Position numbers and translations under genes: made by a program | Notes under the pieces: generated by a model | The model's input: the letters and a program-made list of their open reading frames with translations, nothing else | Database searches by the model: none | Told to the model about the DNA's origin: nothing | Shown: positions 12,881-24,460 of the stretch, piece by piece | How the letters are laid out: every line of letters starts with the position of its first letter | How positions within the stretch are numbered: the first letter of the stretch is position 1 | Source: Pristiophorus japonicus | Lineage: Eukaryota | Direction of reading: 5' to 3' | Length of the DNA stretch: 64,000 nucleotides | Assembly: GCF_044704955.1 (NCBI RefSeq) | Contig: NC_091988.1 | Span: 160,146,001-160,210,000 of the forward strand

Positions 12881-15577
12881 GTGGGCTAGCGTTAATGGCT
12901 AAAGAGGAGGTTAACACAATAATAAGGAAGAACATTAGCTTGGATGATGTGGAATCTATATGGGTAGAGTTGCAAAACACCAAAGGGCAGAAAACATTAG
13001 TGGGAGTTGTGTACAGACCAGCAAATAGTGTTGGGAGGTTGGGGATGGCATCAAACAGGAAATTAGGGATGCGTGCAATAAGGGTACAGCAGTTATCATG
13101 GGTGATTTTAACCGACATATTGATTGGGCTAACCAAACTGGTAGCAATACTGTGGAGGAGGATTTCCTGGAGTGTATAAGAGATGGTTTTCTAGACTAAT
13201 ATGTCGAGGAACCAACTAGAGAGCAGGCCATCCTAGGCTGGGTCTTGTGTATTAATTAGCAATTTGGTTGTGTATGGCCCCTTGGGGAAGAGTGACCATA
13301 ATATGGTAGAATTCTTCATTAAGATGGAGAGTGACACAGTTGATACAGAGACTAGGGTCCTGAACTTAAAGAAAGGAAACTTCGATGGTATGAGATGTGA
13401 TTTGGCTACGATAGACTGGCGAATGATACTTAAAGGGTTGACGGTGGATAGGCAATGGCAAACATTTAAAGATCACATGGATGAATTACAACTATTGTAC
13501 ATCCCTGTCTAGCGTAAAAATAAAACAGGAAAGGTGGCTCAGCCATGGCTAACAAGCGAAATTAGGGATAGTGTCAAGGAAGAAGCATATAAATTGGCCA
13601 GAAAAAGCAGCAAACCTGAGGATTGGGAGAAATTTAGAATTCAGCAGAGGAGGACTAAGGGTTTAATTAGGAGGGGGAAAATAGAGTATAGGAGTAAGCT
13701 TGCAGGGAACATAAAAACTGACTGCGAAAGCTTCTATAGATATGTGAAGAGAAAATGATTAGTGAAGACTAATGTAGGTCCCTTGCAGTCAGAATCAGGT
13801 GAATACATAATGAGGAACAAGGAAATGGCAGACCAATTAAACAAATACTTTGGTTCTGTCTTCACTAAGGAAGACACGAATAACCTCCCGAAAATACTAG
13901 GGGATCGAGGGTCTCGCGGGAAGGAGGAACTGAGGGAAATCTTTATTAGTCAGGAAATGGTGTTAGGGAAACTGATGCGACTGAGGCCGATAAATCCCCA
14001 GGACCTGATAGTCTGCATCCCAGAGTACTTAAAGAAGTGGCCCTAGAAATAGTAGATGCATTGGTGGTCATTTTCCAAAATTCCATGGACTCTGGATCAG
14101 TCCCTATGGATTGGAGGGTAGCTAATGTAACACCACTTTTTAAAAAAGGAGTGAGAGAAAAAAGGGAATTATAGACCGGTTAGCCTGACATCGGTGGTGG
14201 GGAAAATGCTGGAATCAATTATTAAAGATGTAATAGCAGTGCATTTGGAAAGTAGTGACAGGATCAGTCCAAGTCAGCATGGATTTATGAGAGAGAAATT
14301 ATGCTTGACAAATCTTTTAGAATTTTTTGAGGATGTAGCTAGTAGAGTGGACAAGGCAGAACCAGTGGATGTGGTGTATTTGGACTTTCAAAAGGCTTTT
14401 GACAAGGTCCCACACAAGAGATTAGTGTATAAAATTAAGGCACATGGTATTGGGGGTAATGTATTGACGTGGATAGAGAACTGGTTGGCAGACAGGAAGC
14501 AAAGAGTGGGAATAAATGGGTCCTTTTCAGAATGGCAGGCAGTGACTAGTGGGGTGCCGTAAGGTTCAGTGCTGGGACCCCAGCTATTTACAATATACAT
14601 TAATGATTTAGACAAAGAAATTGAATGTAATATCTCCAAGTTTGCAGATGACACTAAGCTGGGTGACAGTGTGAGCTGTGAGGAGGATACTAAGAGGCTG
14701 CAGGGTGACTTGGACAGGTTAGGTGAATGGACAAATGCATGGCAGATGCAGTATAATGTGGATAAATGTGAGGTTATCCACTTTGGTGGCAAAAACAGGA
14801 AGGCAGATTATTATCTGAATGGTGGCAGATTAGTAAAAGGGGAGGTGCAACGAGATTTGGGTGTCATGGTACATCAGTCACTGAAGGTAGGCATGCAGGT
14901 ACAGCAGGCAGTAAAGAAAGAAAATGGCATGCTGGCCTTCATAGCGAGGGGATTTGAGTATAGGAGCAGGCAAGTCTTATTGCAGTTGTACAGGTCCTTG
15001 GTGAGACCATACCTTGAGTATTGTGTGCAGTTTTGGTCTCCTAATCTGAGGAAGGATGTGCTTGCTATTGAGGGAGTGCAGCGAAGTTCACCAGACTAAT
15101 TCCTGGGATGGCAGGACTGACATATGAAGAAAGACTGGATTAGCTAGGCTTATACTCACTGGAATTTAAAAGAATGAGAGGGGATCTCATAGAAACATAT
15201 AAAATTATGACGGGACTGGATAGGTTAGATGCAGGAAGAATGTTCCCAATGTTGGGGAAGTCCAGAACCAGGGGTCACAGTCTAAGGATAAGGGGTAAAC
15301 CATATAGGACCGAGATGAGGAGAAACTTTTTCACCCAGAGAGTGGTGAACCTGTGGAATTCTCTACCACAGAATGTTGTTGAGTCCAGTTCGTTGGATAT
15401 ATTCGAGAGGGAGTTAGATGTGGCCCTTATGGCTAAGGGGATCAGGGTGGTATGGAGCGAAGGCAGGAGTGGGGTACTGAAGTTGCATGATCAGCCATGA
15501 TCATATTGAATGGTGGTGCAGGCTCGAAGGGCCGAATGGCCTGCTCCTGCACCTATTTTCTATGTTTCTATGTTTCT
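12881..15577 (+). mobile_element. CR1 LINE (5'-truncated) inserted into the Harbinger A nuclease
   Basis: GKSDHN endonuclease end, [22 protein letters not shown], 3' (TTTCTATG)n tail. Confidence 0.95.
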
Positions 15578-16129
15578 GTTAGACAGGCAGTCAGCCACAC
15601 AGGCTGAGATAGTACAGGCTTTTTAAATCTCCAGAATATTTTTCAATGAAAAAATATAACTAAAATGCCTTTGATCTTAATAAATTACTCAATACCAATA
15701 AACATACCTTTTCCACTATAAATTACTGTCACTGTTCACCTCAGAAATACAGAGGTGCTACTTTAGCTGACTGTTCCAGATTTAAAAATTGCGGATCCAT
15801 GCACTCCGCCCTTTCCCACCCACTTAACATCGCGTAAAACCACATTTTCCAGGACAGTATGCAGCTCCAGTGGTATGTCTGTGGTATGCGATGAAAATCG
15901 GACTTTTTGGGCAGTATGCGGGCGGTCCTGCATGGCGGACGGTGTGCATACCGCTCGGCGGTATATCAATGATGAATATTCCACCGAGTGATATGTTGGT
16001 GGTATGTGTTTTTTCACCAAAATCACATTTTTGAGCGCTAAGCGGGCGGTAGGGGCCTATGTAGTTTAAGCAGCATCACTGCCCAATACAGTAACAGTTA
16101 GTCCTGGTTTGCACAACCCAAGATGTATA

Positions 16130-18690
16130 TTTTTTTTATTTGTTCACGGGATGTTGGCATCGCTGGCAAGGCCAGCTTTTATTGTGCATCCCTAATTGCC
16201 CTTGAGAAGGTGGTGATGATCCGCCTTCTTGAACCGCTACAGTCCATGTGGTGAAGGTATTCCCACAGTGCTGCTAAGGAAGGAGTTCCAGGATTTTGAC
16301 CCAGTGACGATGAAGGAATGGAGATATATTTCCAAGTCAGGATGGCATGTGACTTGGAGGGGAATTTGCAGGTGACGGTGTTCCCATGCGTCTGCTGCCC
16401 TTGTCCTTCTAGGTGATAGAGGTTGCAGGTTTGAGAGGTGCTGCCGAAGAAGCTGCAATGCATCTTGTAGTTGGTACACACAGCAGCCATGGTGCACCGG
16501 TGGTAGAGGGAGTGAATGTTTAAGGTGGTGGATAGGGGGACAAGGCGACTGCTTTGTCCTGGGTGGTCTCGAGCTTCTTGAGAGTTGTTGGAGCTGCACT
16601 CATCCAGATAAATGGAGTATTGCCTCACACTCCTGACTTGTGCCTTGTAGATCGTGGAAAGGCTTTGTGGAGTAAGGAAGTAAGACACTCGCTGCAGAAT
16701 ACCCAGCCTCTGACCTGCTCATGTTGCCACAGTGTTTACGTGGCTGGTCCAGTTAAGTTTCCGGTCAATGGTTACCCCCAGGATTTTGATGGTGGGGGAT
16801 TTGGCAATGGTAATGCCATTGAATGTCAAAGGGCAGTGGTCAGACTATCACTTGTGGGAGATAGTCATTGCCTGGTACTTGTGTGGCGCGAATGTTACTT
16901 GCCACTTATCAGCCACTTATCAGTCCTGAATGTCATCCATGTCTTGCTGCATGTGGGCATGGACTGTTCCATTATCTGAGGAGTTGCGAATGGAACTGAA
17001 CACCGTGCAATCATCAGTGACTATCCCCACGTCTGACCTTATGATGGAGGGAAGGTCATTGATGAAGCAGCTGAAGATGGTTGAGCTTAGGACACTTTAC
17101 TGAGGAACTCCTGCAGCGATGTACTGGGGCTGAGATGATTGACCTCCAACAACTACAATCATCTTGGCCTGACGGGCCAAATGGCCTTCTTCCATGCTGC
17201 AACCATCTTCCTTTGTGCTAAGTATGACTCCAGCCAGTGGAGAGTTTTCCCCTGATTCCCATTGACTTAAATTTTACTCAGGCTCCTTGATGCCACACTC
17301 GGTCAAATGCTGCCTTTATGTCAAGGGCAGTCACTCTCACCTCATCTCTGGAATTCGGCTCTTTTGTCCATGTTTGGACCAAAGTTGCAATGAAGTCTGA
17401 AGCCGAGCTGTCCTGGCAGAACCCAAAATAAGCATCAGTGAGAAGGTTGTTGGTGAGTATGTGCCACTTAAAAGCACTGTCGATTACACCTTCCATCATT
17501 TTGCTGATGATTGAGAGCAGACTGATGGGGTGGTAATTGGCCACATTGGATTTGTCCTGCTTTTTGTGGACAGGACATACCTGGGCAGTTTTCCACATTG
17601 TCCAGTAGATGCCAGTGTTGTAGCTGTACTAAAACAGCTTGGCTAGAGGCACGACTAGTTCTGGAGCACAAGTCTTCAGCACGACAGCCGGGATGTTGTC
17701 AGGGCCCATAGCCTTTGCAGTATCCAGTGTGCTCAGCCATTTCTTGATATCACGTGGACTGAATCGAATTGGCTGAAGACTGGCTTTAATGATGGTGAGA
17801 ACCTCAGGAGAAGGCCAATATGGATCATCCACTCAGCTGAAGATGGCTACAAACGCTTCAGCCTTGTCTTTTGCACTAGCGTGTTGGGCTCCACCATCAT
17901 TAAGGATGGGGATTTTCATGAAGCTTCCTCCTCCCGTTAGTTGTTTAATTGTCCACCACCATTCACGACTGGATGTGGCAGGACAGCAGAGCTTTGACCT
18001 GATCCGTGGAATCACTTAGCCCTGTTTATAGCATACTGCTTCCTCTGTTTAACATGCATGTAGCCCTGTGCTGCAGCTTCCCCAGGTTAGCACCTCATTG
18101 TTAGGTACATCTGGTGCTGTTCCTGGCTTGCACTTCTGCACTCCTCATTGAACCAGGGTTGGTCCCCTGGTTTGATGGTAATGGTAGAGTGAGGGATAAT
18201 TCGGACCATGAGGTTACAGATTGTGGTGGAATACCTGGAAGACCTGGGGGTATATGTTGCTGCTGATGGCCCACAGCACCTCATGGATGCCCAGTTTTGA
18301 GCTGCTAGATCTGATCTGATTCTATCCCATTTAGCACGGTGTTACGACCACACATGATGGAGGGTGTCCTCAATATGAAGATGGGTCTTCATCTCCACAA
18401 GGACTGCGCGGTGGTCACTGCTAGCAATGCAGACATGGACAGATGTATCTGCGACAGGTAGATTGGTGAGGACGAGGTCAAGTATGTTTTTTCCTCATGT
18501 TGGTTCCCTCAGCACCTGCCGCACGCCCAGTCTGGCAGCTATGTCCTTCACACCCTCCTGACTGTATACCACTGTGCCGCCACCTCTCATGGGTCTGTTC
18601 TGCCGGTGGGACACAGCATACCCAGTGATTGTGATGGAGGAGTCTGGGACATTGGCTGAAAGGTATGATTCTGAGAATATGACAAGGTAT
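16130..18690 (-). mobile_element. Non-LTR retrotransposon of a second clade (RT plus 3' UTR); 5' part continues at about 23067-23260
   Basis: ANYHPISLLSIISK, DIKAAFDRVWHQGA, KAMGPDNIP; 3' end atgc...gccagcgatgcc..catccc..aataaaaaa. Confidence 0.85.
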
Positions 18691-19434
18691 GATTCTGTGA
18701 ATATTAACAGACATTTGGACAAGTATGGTTTGATTAATAAAAGCCAGCATGGATTTATTAAAGGCAAATCATGTTTAACTAATTTGATTGAGTTTTTTGA
18801 TGAGGTAACAGAGAGGGTTATTGAGGGCAATGTGGTTGATGTGGTGTACATGGACTTCCAAAAGGCGTTTGATAAAGTGCCTCATAATAGGCTTGCCAGT
18901 AAAGTTGAAGCCCATGGAATAAAAGGGACAGTGGCAGCATGGATACGAAATTAGCTAGATAACAGGAAAGAGAGTAGTGATGAATGGTTGTTTTTCGGAC
19001 TGGAGGAAGTTACACAGTGGTGTTCCCCAAGGGTCGGTACTAGGACCGCTGCTTTTTTTGATATATATTAATGACTTGGACTTGGGAGTACAGGGCACAA
19101 TTTCAAAATTTGCAGATGACACAAAACTTGGAAGTATAGTGAACAGTGAGGAGGATAGTGAATGACTTCAAGAAGACTTCAAGAAGACATAGAAAGGTTG
19201 GTGAAATGGGCGGACACGTGGCAAATGAAATTTAATGCAGAAAAGTGAGAAGTGATACATTTTGATAGGAAGAACACGGAGAGGCAACATAAACTAAACA
19301 GTACAATTCTAAAGGGGGTGTATGAACAGAGAGACCTGGGGGTATATGTGCACAAATCGTTGAAGGTGGCAGGGCAGATTGAGAAAGTGGTTTTAAAAAC
19401 ATATGGGATCCTGGGCTTCATAAATAGAGACTTA

Positions 19435-22400
19435 GGGTTAGATTTTCCGTTATTTTTGCATGCATAATGCCCACTTACCGTCCATTTTAATGCTGAAATA
19501 ACATGCAACGCCCAGATATCGCCCATTTAGCCACAAAATGGAAACTGACGCCGATTTCTCGGTCGCTTATCGCTGAGCGTTACTTTCCGCACATGCATAA
19601 CAGCGAGAAAAAATAATACTGCCCGCCCACTTTTTTGGGGGCGGAATCATCAGAATTGGAGATCCCAATGCCCATAATATCGCCAGTGTTACTTTTTGCA
19701 CGTAATTAACGCCGAGATTTAATAATACCGCCCGGCCACTGCTTTTTGTCGTAAAGATCACATTTGACAAAACTAACGCCCAGTATATCGCCCATCCTTA
19801 CTTTTGGTACCTCGCACACATCTCGCCAACAATATCGCTCACTGAAAAACAACGCTGGGAAAAAATGGAACTAAATGAAACCAGTCACAGCGGTATGGGT
19901 GCCATGTTCTAAATCACACGTCGCATCATTTAAAAGGCTGCTCTGCTTCAACCTCGGGGGAGTTCGGATGTACTCTGGAGGTCTTTGGAGGTGATGTGAA
20001 TATCTGTACAAACATTTTATCTCACTGTGGACAATTGGAATTTACTAGGTGTCTTGGTGGGGACATTCATTCTTTGTGAACAATCGGTGGAAAACAGATA
20101 GCTATTGGAATGGAGCCTGTCCTTTCTCACCCTCTCTTGATGACCACTCACATGCTGCAGACTAGAGATGGCAGAAGGTACATTCAACAGCATCATGTGC
20201 CCAATGTAAGACGTGACAGATTGATGAGGAGGACCAGATGTTACACCCCCTGCAAGTACAGGCAGAAGCAGTCTTACCTTAACTTGTGCGACACCACCTG
20301 CCTTCGGAGACTGCGCTTCCACAAAGAGGTTATCAGTGAGATATGCCAGCTCCTAAGAGGAAATCTGCAGCCTGCCAGCACCATCCGAACCGCACTGTCC
20401 ATTGAGGTCAAAGTCATCGCGGCACTGTCTTTCTACGCATCGGGTTCTTTTCAGGCCTCAGCTGGCGACATTTGTGGTATGTCTCAGCATGCCACACATT
20501 GTTGCATTAGACAGGTCACTGAAGCTCTGTACGCATGCAGGATGGACTTTATCAGCTTCCCTATGACCAGGAGAGGGCTTTAGGAGTCTACCGAATTGCT
20601 AACTTCCCCAAGGTGCAGGGAGCAATAGACTGTACGCACATCGCGATGCGGGCACCTTTTCAGAATGCAGAGGTTTTCAGGAACCGCAAGGGATTCCACT
20701 CACTGAATGTGCAACTCGTTATCGACCACCAGCAAATTATTATAGCAGTGAATGCTAAATTTCCAGGCAGCATCCATGATGCTCACATCCTGCGTGAGAG
20801 CACTGTATCTGACTTGATAAACAATCAGCCACAAGGTCAATGCTGGATGCTTGGTGACAAAGGATATGGCCTCGCCACCTGGCTGATGATCCCGCTGTGT
20901 GACACCCACACCGAAGCCGAGAAGCGATAAAACGAGAGCCACAGATCCACTCGCATTATCGTCGAGAAAACTGTTGGAGTGCTGAAGCAGCGCTTTAGAT
21001 GCCTGGAACACTCAGGAGGCGAGCTCCAATACTACCCTGAGCAGGTAGCTCAATTCATGGAGGTATGCTGCATGCTGCACAACTTAGCTATCAGGAGGGG
21101 ACAAGAATTGCCAGAAGGGTCTGACGGTCCACTCAGGAGAGAGAGGATGAGGACGAGGAGGTGGACGCTGACCTCGGGACAGACAATCAGGCTGACACTG
21201 AAGCCATGCCCCCACCCCCCTCTAGACCGCAGGAAAGGGCCTGTGGTGGCTACATAGCTGCAAGTCTCTTACGTCAGGAGCTCATAAGTGAGCGCTTTGC
21301 CGAAAGAACGTTGGTGTATTTACAAGGCTGACACACTGCTGGGTGTGCAGGTCATACATCAATGGTGTGCATCACCTTGGTGACAGTTAAACTTTAAGTT
21401 GATTCAAGTTAAGCATAATTATACCCTTTGATGTTAAGGAATCACCAGTGTGTAACGGTGCAGCTATCTGAGCCAATGCGCAACAAGATTATGTTAAATA
21501 AAAAACATTTAAACCGACCATTTGTCTGAAATCATAAGTATATCTGTAAAAACCACCCCACCCCACAACAAATTTATTACATTTATATAATTACAATGGT
21601 CCCCATTTCCCGCAATACAGAACACAAATGCAAACCAACAAGGTAGCCCTCTCGCCCCGACCCTCCCACCAAAATAGCAGCAGCAACCTAAAAATATGCC
21701 CCAGACAACACCTGTGGCCATGTACCTCATTTTCTGCCCCCCCCACCCTCCTCATCCCCAACTCTATCCCTTCCCCTCCTGACTCCAAGCCGCCTGGCCA
21801 AGGAGTTCCTCAGGCGATGCTTCATTGGGGGGGGGATGACGGCAGAACCGCTGCTTGGACAGATACGGGAGAGGACGGTCCCGAGGTGGGAACATGCTCC
21901 GAGCCAGAAGCAAGCTGTTGCTCCTGGCTCTCATGTGTCATTGGCAATGGGGGTGCGACACCTTGGGGTGCAGTGCCACACTCCGGGACCACTGGGTGCC
22001 CTCTGCCACTAGTGTTCCTGGCTAACAGCTGCAGGGCCTGCTCCATCGCTTCCATGTTAAGTATTATTTGTTGGACAAAAATTCGGTGCCAACTATGTTC
22101 TGGGTGCTTAGTAGGCTTTTTGCTGCTGGTGAATCTCCCTCGTGCCTCTCACAACAGCCAAATAAGCACACACCAAACCCACATATGCTTTCAGTCCCTC
22201 TCTGCTCCCTCTCTCTCTGTCTCCTCTTCTGTGCATGTAATGATGACCCCTGACCTCCTGAATCACGGGAAACGAGCATTGCCATGCCATTGCTAAGGAT
22301 GGCAACACTTTACGGCAGAAGGTCAGAGAAATTTAATGCTAATGCCCATTTCATATCGCTCGCTTAACGCCCAATTTTTAAAATGGAGACTAGGGGCTTT

Positions 22401-22504
22401 GAAAATGGGCGACAAGCCGGTGATCTGAAAACCCATTTTTACCGCCCATGCTGGAAATACCATTCATTTTTGGGTGATCTGTACAAAAGTGTCAAATCTA
22501 GCCC
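19435..22504 (+). mobile_element. PIF/Harbinger transposon B with both TIRs
   Basis: TIRs GGGTTAGATTT / AAATCTAGCCC, 3-bp flanks TTA/ATA; nuclease on +, partner-gene remnant on - (about 21600-22060). Confidence 0.92.
20110..21300 (+). pseudogene. Harbinger (HARBI1-like) DDE transposase of element B, with frameshift and stop
   Basis: RRLRFHKEVISEICQLL, ALSFYASGSFQ, FPKVQGAIDCTHI, PGSIHDAHIL, LGDKGY, LKQRFRCL, CCMLHNLA. Confidence 0.92.
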
Positions 22505-23740
22505 ATAGAGTACAAAAGCAAAGAAGTTATGATGAATCCTTATAAAACACTGGTTCGGCCTCAACCGGGGTATTGTGTCCAATTCTGGGCACCACACTTT
22601 TGGAAGGATGTGAAGACCTTGGCGAGGGTGCAGAAAAAATTTACAAGAATAGTTCCAGTGATGAGAGTCTTCAGTTACGTGGATAGACTGGAGAAGCTGG
22701 GGTTCGCCTTCGAGCAAAGAAGGTTGAAAGGTGTTCAAAATCATGAGGGGTCTAGACAGAGTAGATAGAAAGGAACTGTTCCCATTGGCAGAAGGGTTGA
22801 GAACCAGAGGACACAGATTTAAGGTGATTGGCAGAAGAACCAAAGGCAACATGAAGAAACCTTTTTTATGCAGCGAGTGGTTAGGATCGAGAATGCACAG
22901 CCTCAAAGGGTGGTGGAGGCAGATTCAATCGTGGCTTTCAAAAGGGAAAATATTTGCAGGGCTATGGGGAAAGGGCGATGGAGTGGGATGAGCTGAAGTG
23001 CTCTTGCATGGGCTTGATGGGCCGAATTTCCTCCTTCTGTGCTGTAACCATTCTATGATTCTATGACTGGTGCTTAAGTGGTCTGTGGGGCAGCTCTCCC
23101 AATTTTGGCACAAGTACTCAGTTGTTAGTGAGGAGGACTTTGCAGGGTTGACTGGGTTGGTGTGCTGATTTCATGTCTGAAGCTGGTGCCAAGGTCCATA
23201 CCGAGTGGTCCGTCCAGCTGGTTCTAAAGCAAAGAAGTTCTGTTGTGGGGAATCTGGCACAACTGTTGACATTTTTTTTAAACACAGCATTAATGGGCAT
23301 GCATCATTTTAAACATAATATTATCTATTAATGCTGTTTAAAACCAATAAATTTGCAACAAAAATCTGAATTGTGCTGGAAGACTCAAAACATCTGAAGT
23401 TTTTTTGCACTTAGTTACCAATTATATTAGGTACCTACAAATACCTAAGTGTCACTCTTTTGGAATGAAACTCTATTTTAGTTTAAAAGCTTCCTATTTG
23501 ATGCCTTTTATTGTTAAAAATTGAGTTTTATTTTGAATGAGTTTTCAAACTTTATGTTAATATAATTTTCAAGCCACACATTCGCTCCTTATTGACAGCT
23601 TTCATGAAGAAATATTTCTCCAATCACTTCTGACCAACCTTATTTGCTTTAGGAAACGCTTTGCTAAATACCCCAGGAATAGAAGCAGACGATTCATATA
23701 TTATGCAACTTGGTGGACATTCATTTTAACTAAATTCTCT

Positions 23741-24460
23741 TTCACTAAAATGGCGATGCAATGGCGTCATTAGTGCTTCATGCGTGCGGGGAAGGGTTAG
23801 CTCAATCTACTATACTAAAATGGCGGCGAACTGGCATCACTGCTGCTTCACGCGTGCGGGCAAGGCGGAACTCATGTGCCTTTACCAAGATGGTAGCGGC
23901 TATCCTACACGCGTGCGAGAAGCCAAGACTCATCCTCCTTCACTAAGATGGCCGCGGATCGACGGCACTGCTGCTTCACGCATGCGGGAAGGCGGGACTC
24001 CGCCAACGAAGTCTCGTCCATTGCCAAGTGTCGCGATGAGAGTGGCCGCGGGCCAGTGGTGCTGTCACCGCGATGGGGACTTTAAGGGCCGTGAGCAGGC
24101 TGTTGGATTACAGCGTGTCGCGGGTTAATGGCCAGCTTGGAGTCGGGCTGCGTGCTCCGGTGGCCGGCACCGCGGTCAGACGGTACAGCCCGGACCCGCC
24201 TGCCAGCGCCAACACCTTAACATTGGCCGGCGGGAGAGCCGGAGCCGGCGACGGGCTCGGCCTGCGGGACTTCATCCGAGCGGCGTCCGATGAGCCGGCC
24301 GGCGGGCTGGCCGAGGATGAGGACGAGCCGCCCTACCTGAGCGGGGTCACGGCGGCGGGCGGCGGCCGGAAAGGTGGGTGCCCAGTGCGGCTCCCCCGTT
24401 ACCCTGGAGACGGGATTTTCCAACATCGGAAACACCCAGTTTGGATCAGCCGGGAGTTGC
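23741..24460 (+). promoter_or_regulatory. CpG-island promoter of CDK5RAP1 with repeated YY1-like (AANATGGCG) and NRF1-like (CGCRTGCG) motifs
   Basis: Abrupt CpG/GC-rich segment in AT-rich flanks that covers exon 1; the motifs recur four times at 23741-24004. Confidence 0.75.
24073..24373 (+). CDS. CDK5RAP1: CDK5RAP1 coding exon 1 (Arg/Ala/Gly-rich, probable mitochondrial targeting region)
   Basis: ATG at 24073, ...LRDFIRAAS...EDEPPYL...GRK, donor AAG|gtgggt, phase 1. The start codon choice is inferred. Confidence 0.88.

Larger units (their letters stand above)
9164..16055. mobile_element. PIF/Harbinger transposon A (Myb/SANT gene on +, DDE nuclease on -), interrupted by a CR1; right TIR not found
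   Basis: Starts GGGCCCGAAATTGG; subterminal GGTATG/CATACC repeats at both ends; two convergent genes typical of Harbinger. Confidence 0.85.
18705..23066 (+). mobile_element. CR1 LINE inserted in the preceding LINE and itself split by Harbinger B (CR1 parts 18705-19434 and 22505-23066)
   Basis: [34 protein letters not shown]; the sequence resumes across the insertion (..ATAAATAGAGAC / ATAGAGTACAAAAG..); tail ttctatgattctatga. Confidence 0.92.

Noticed and set aside
20110-21300. Host HARBI1 gene
   Set aside because: It is enclosed by TIRs and a TSD, sits inside a CR1, and has a frameshift and stop, so it is a transposon copy.
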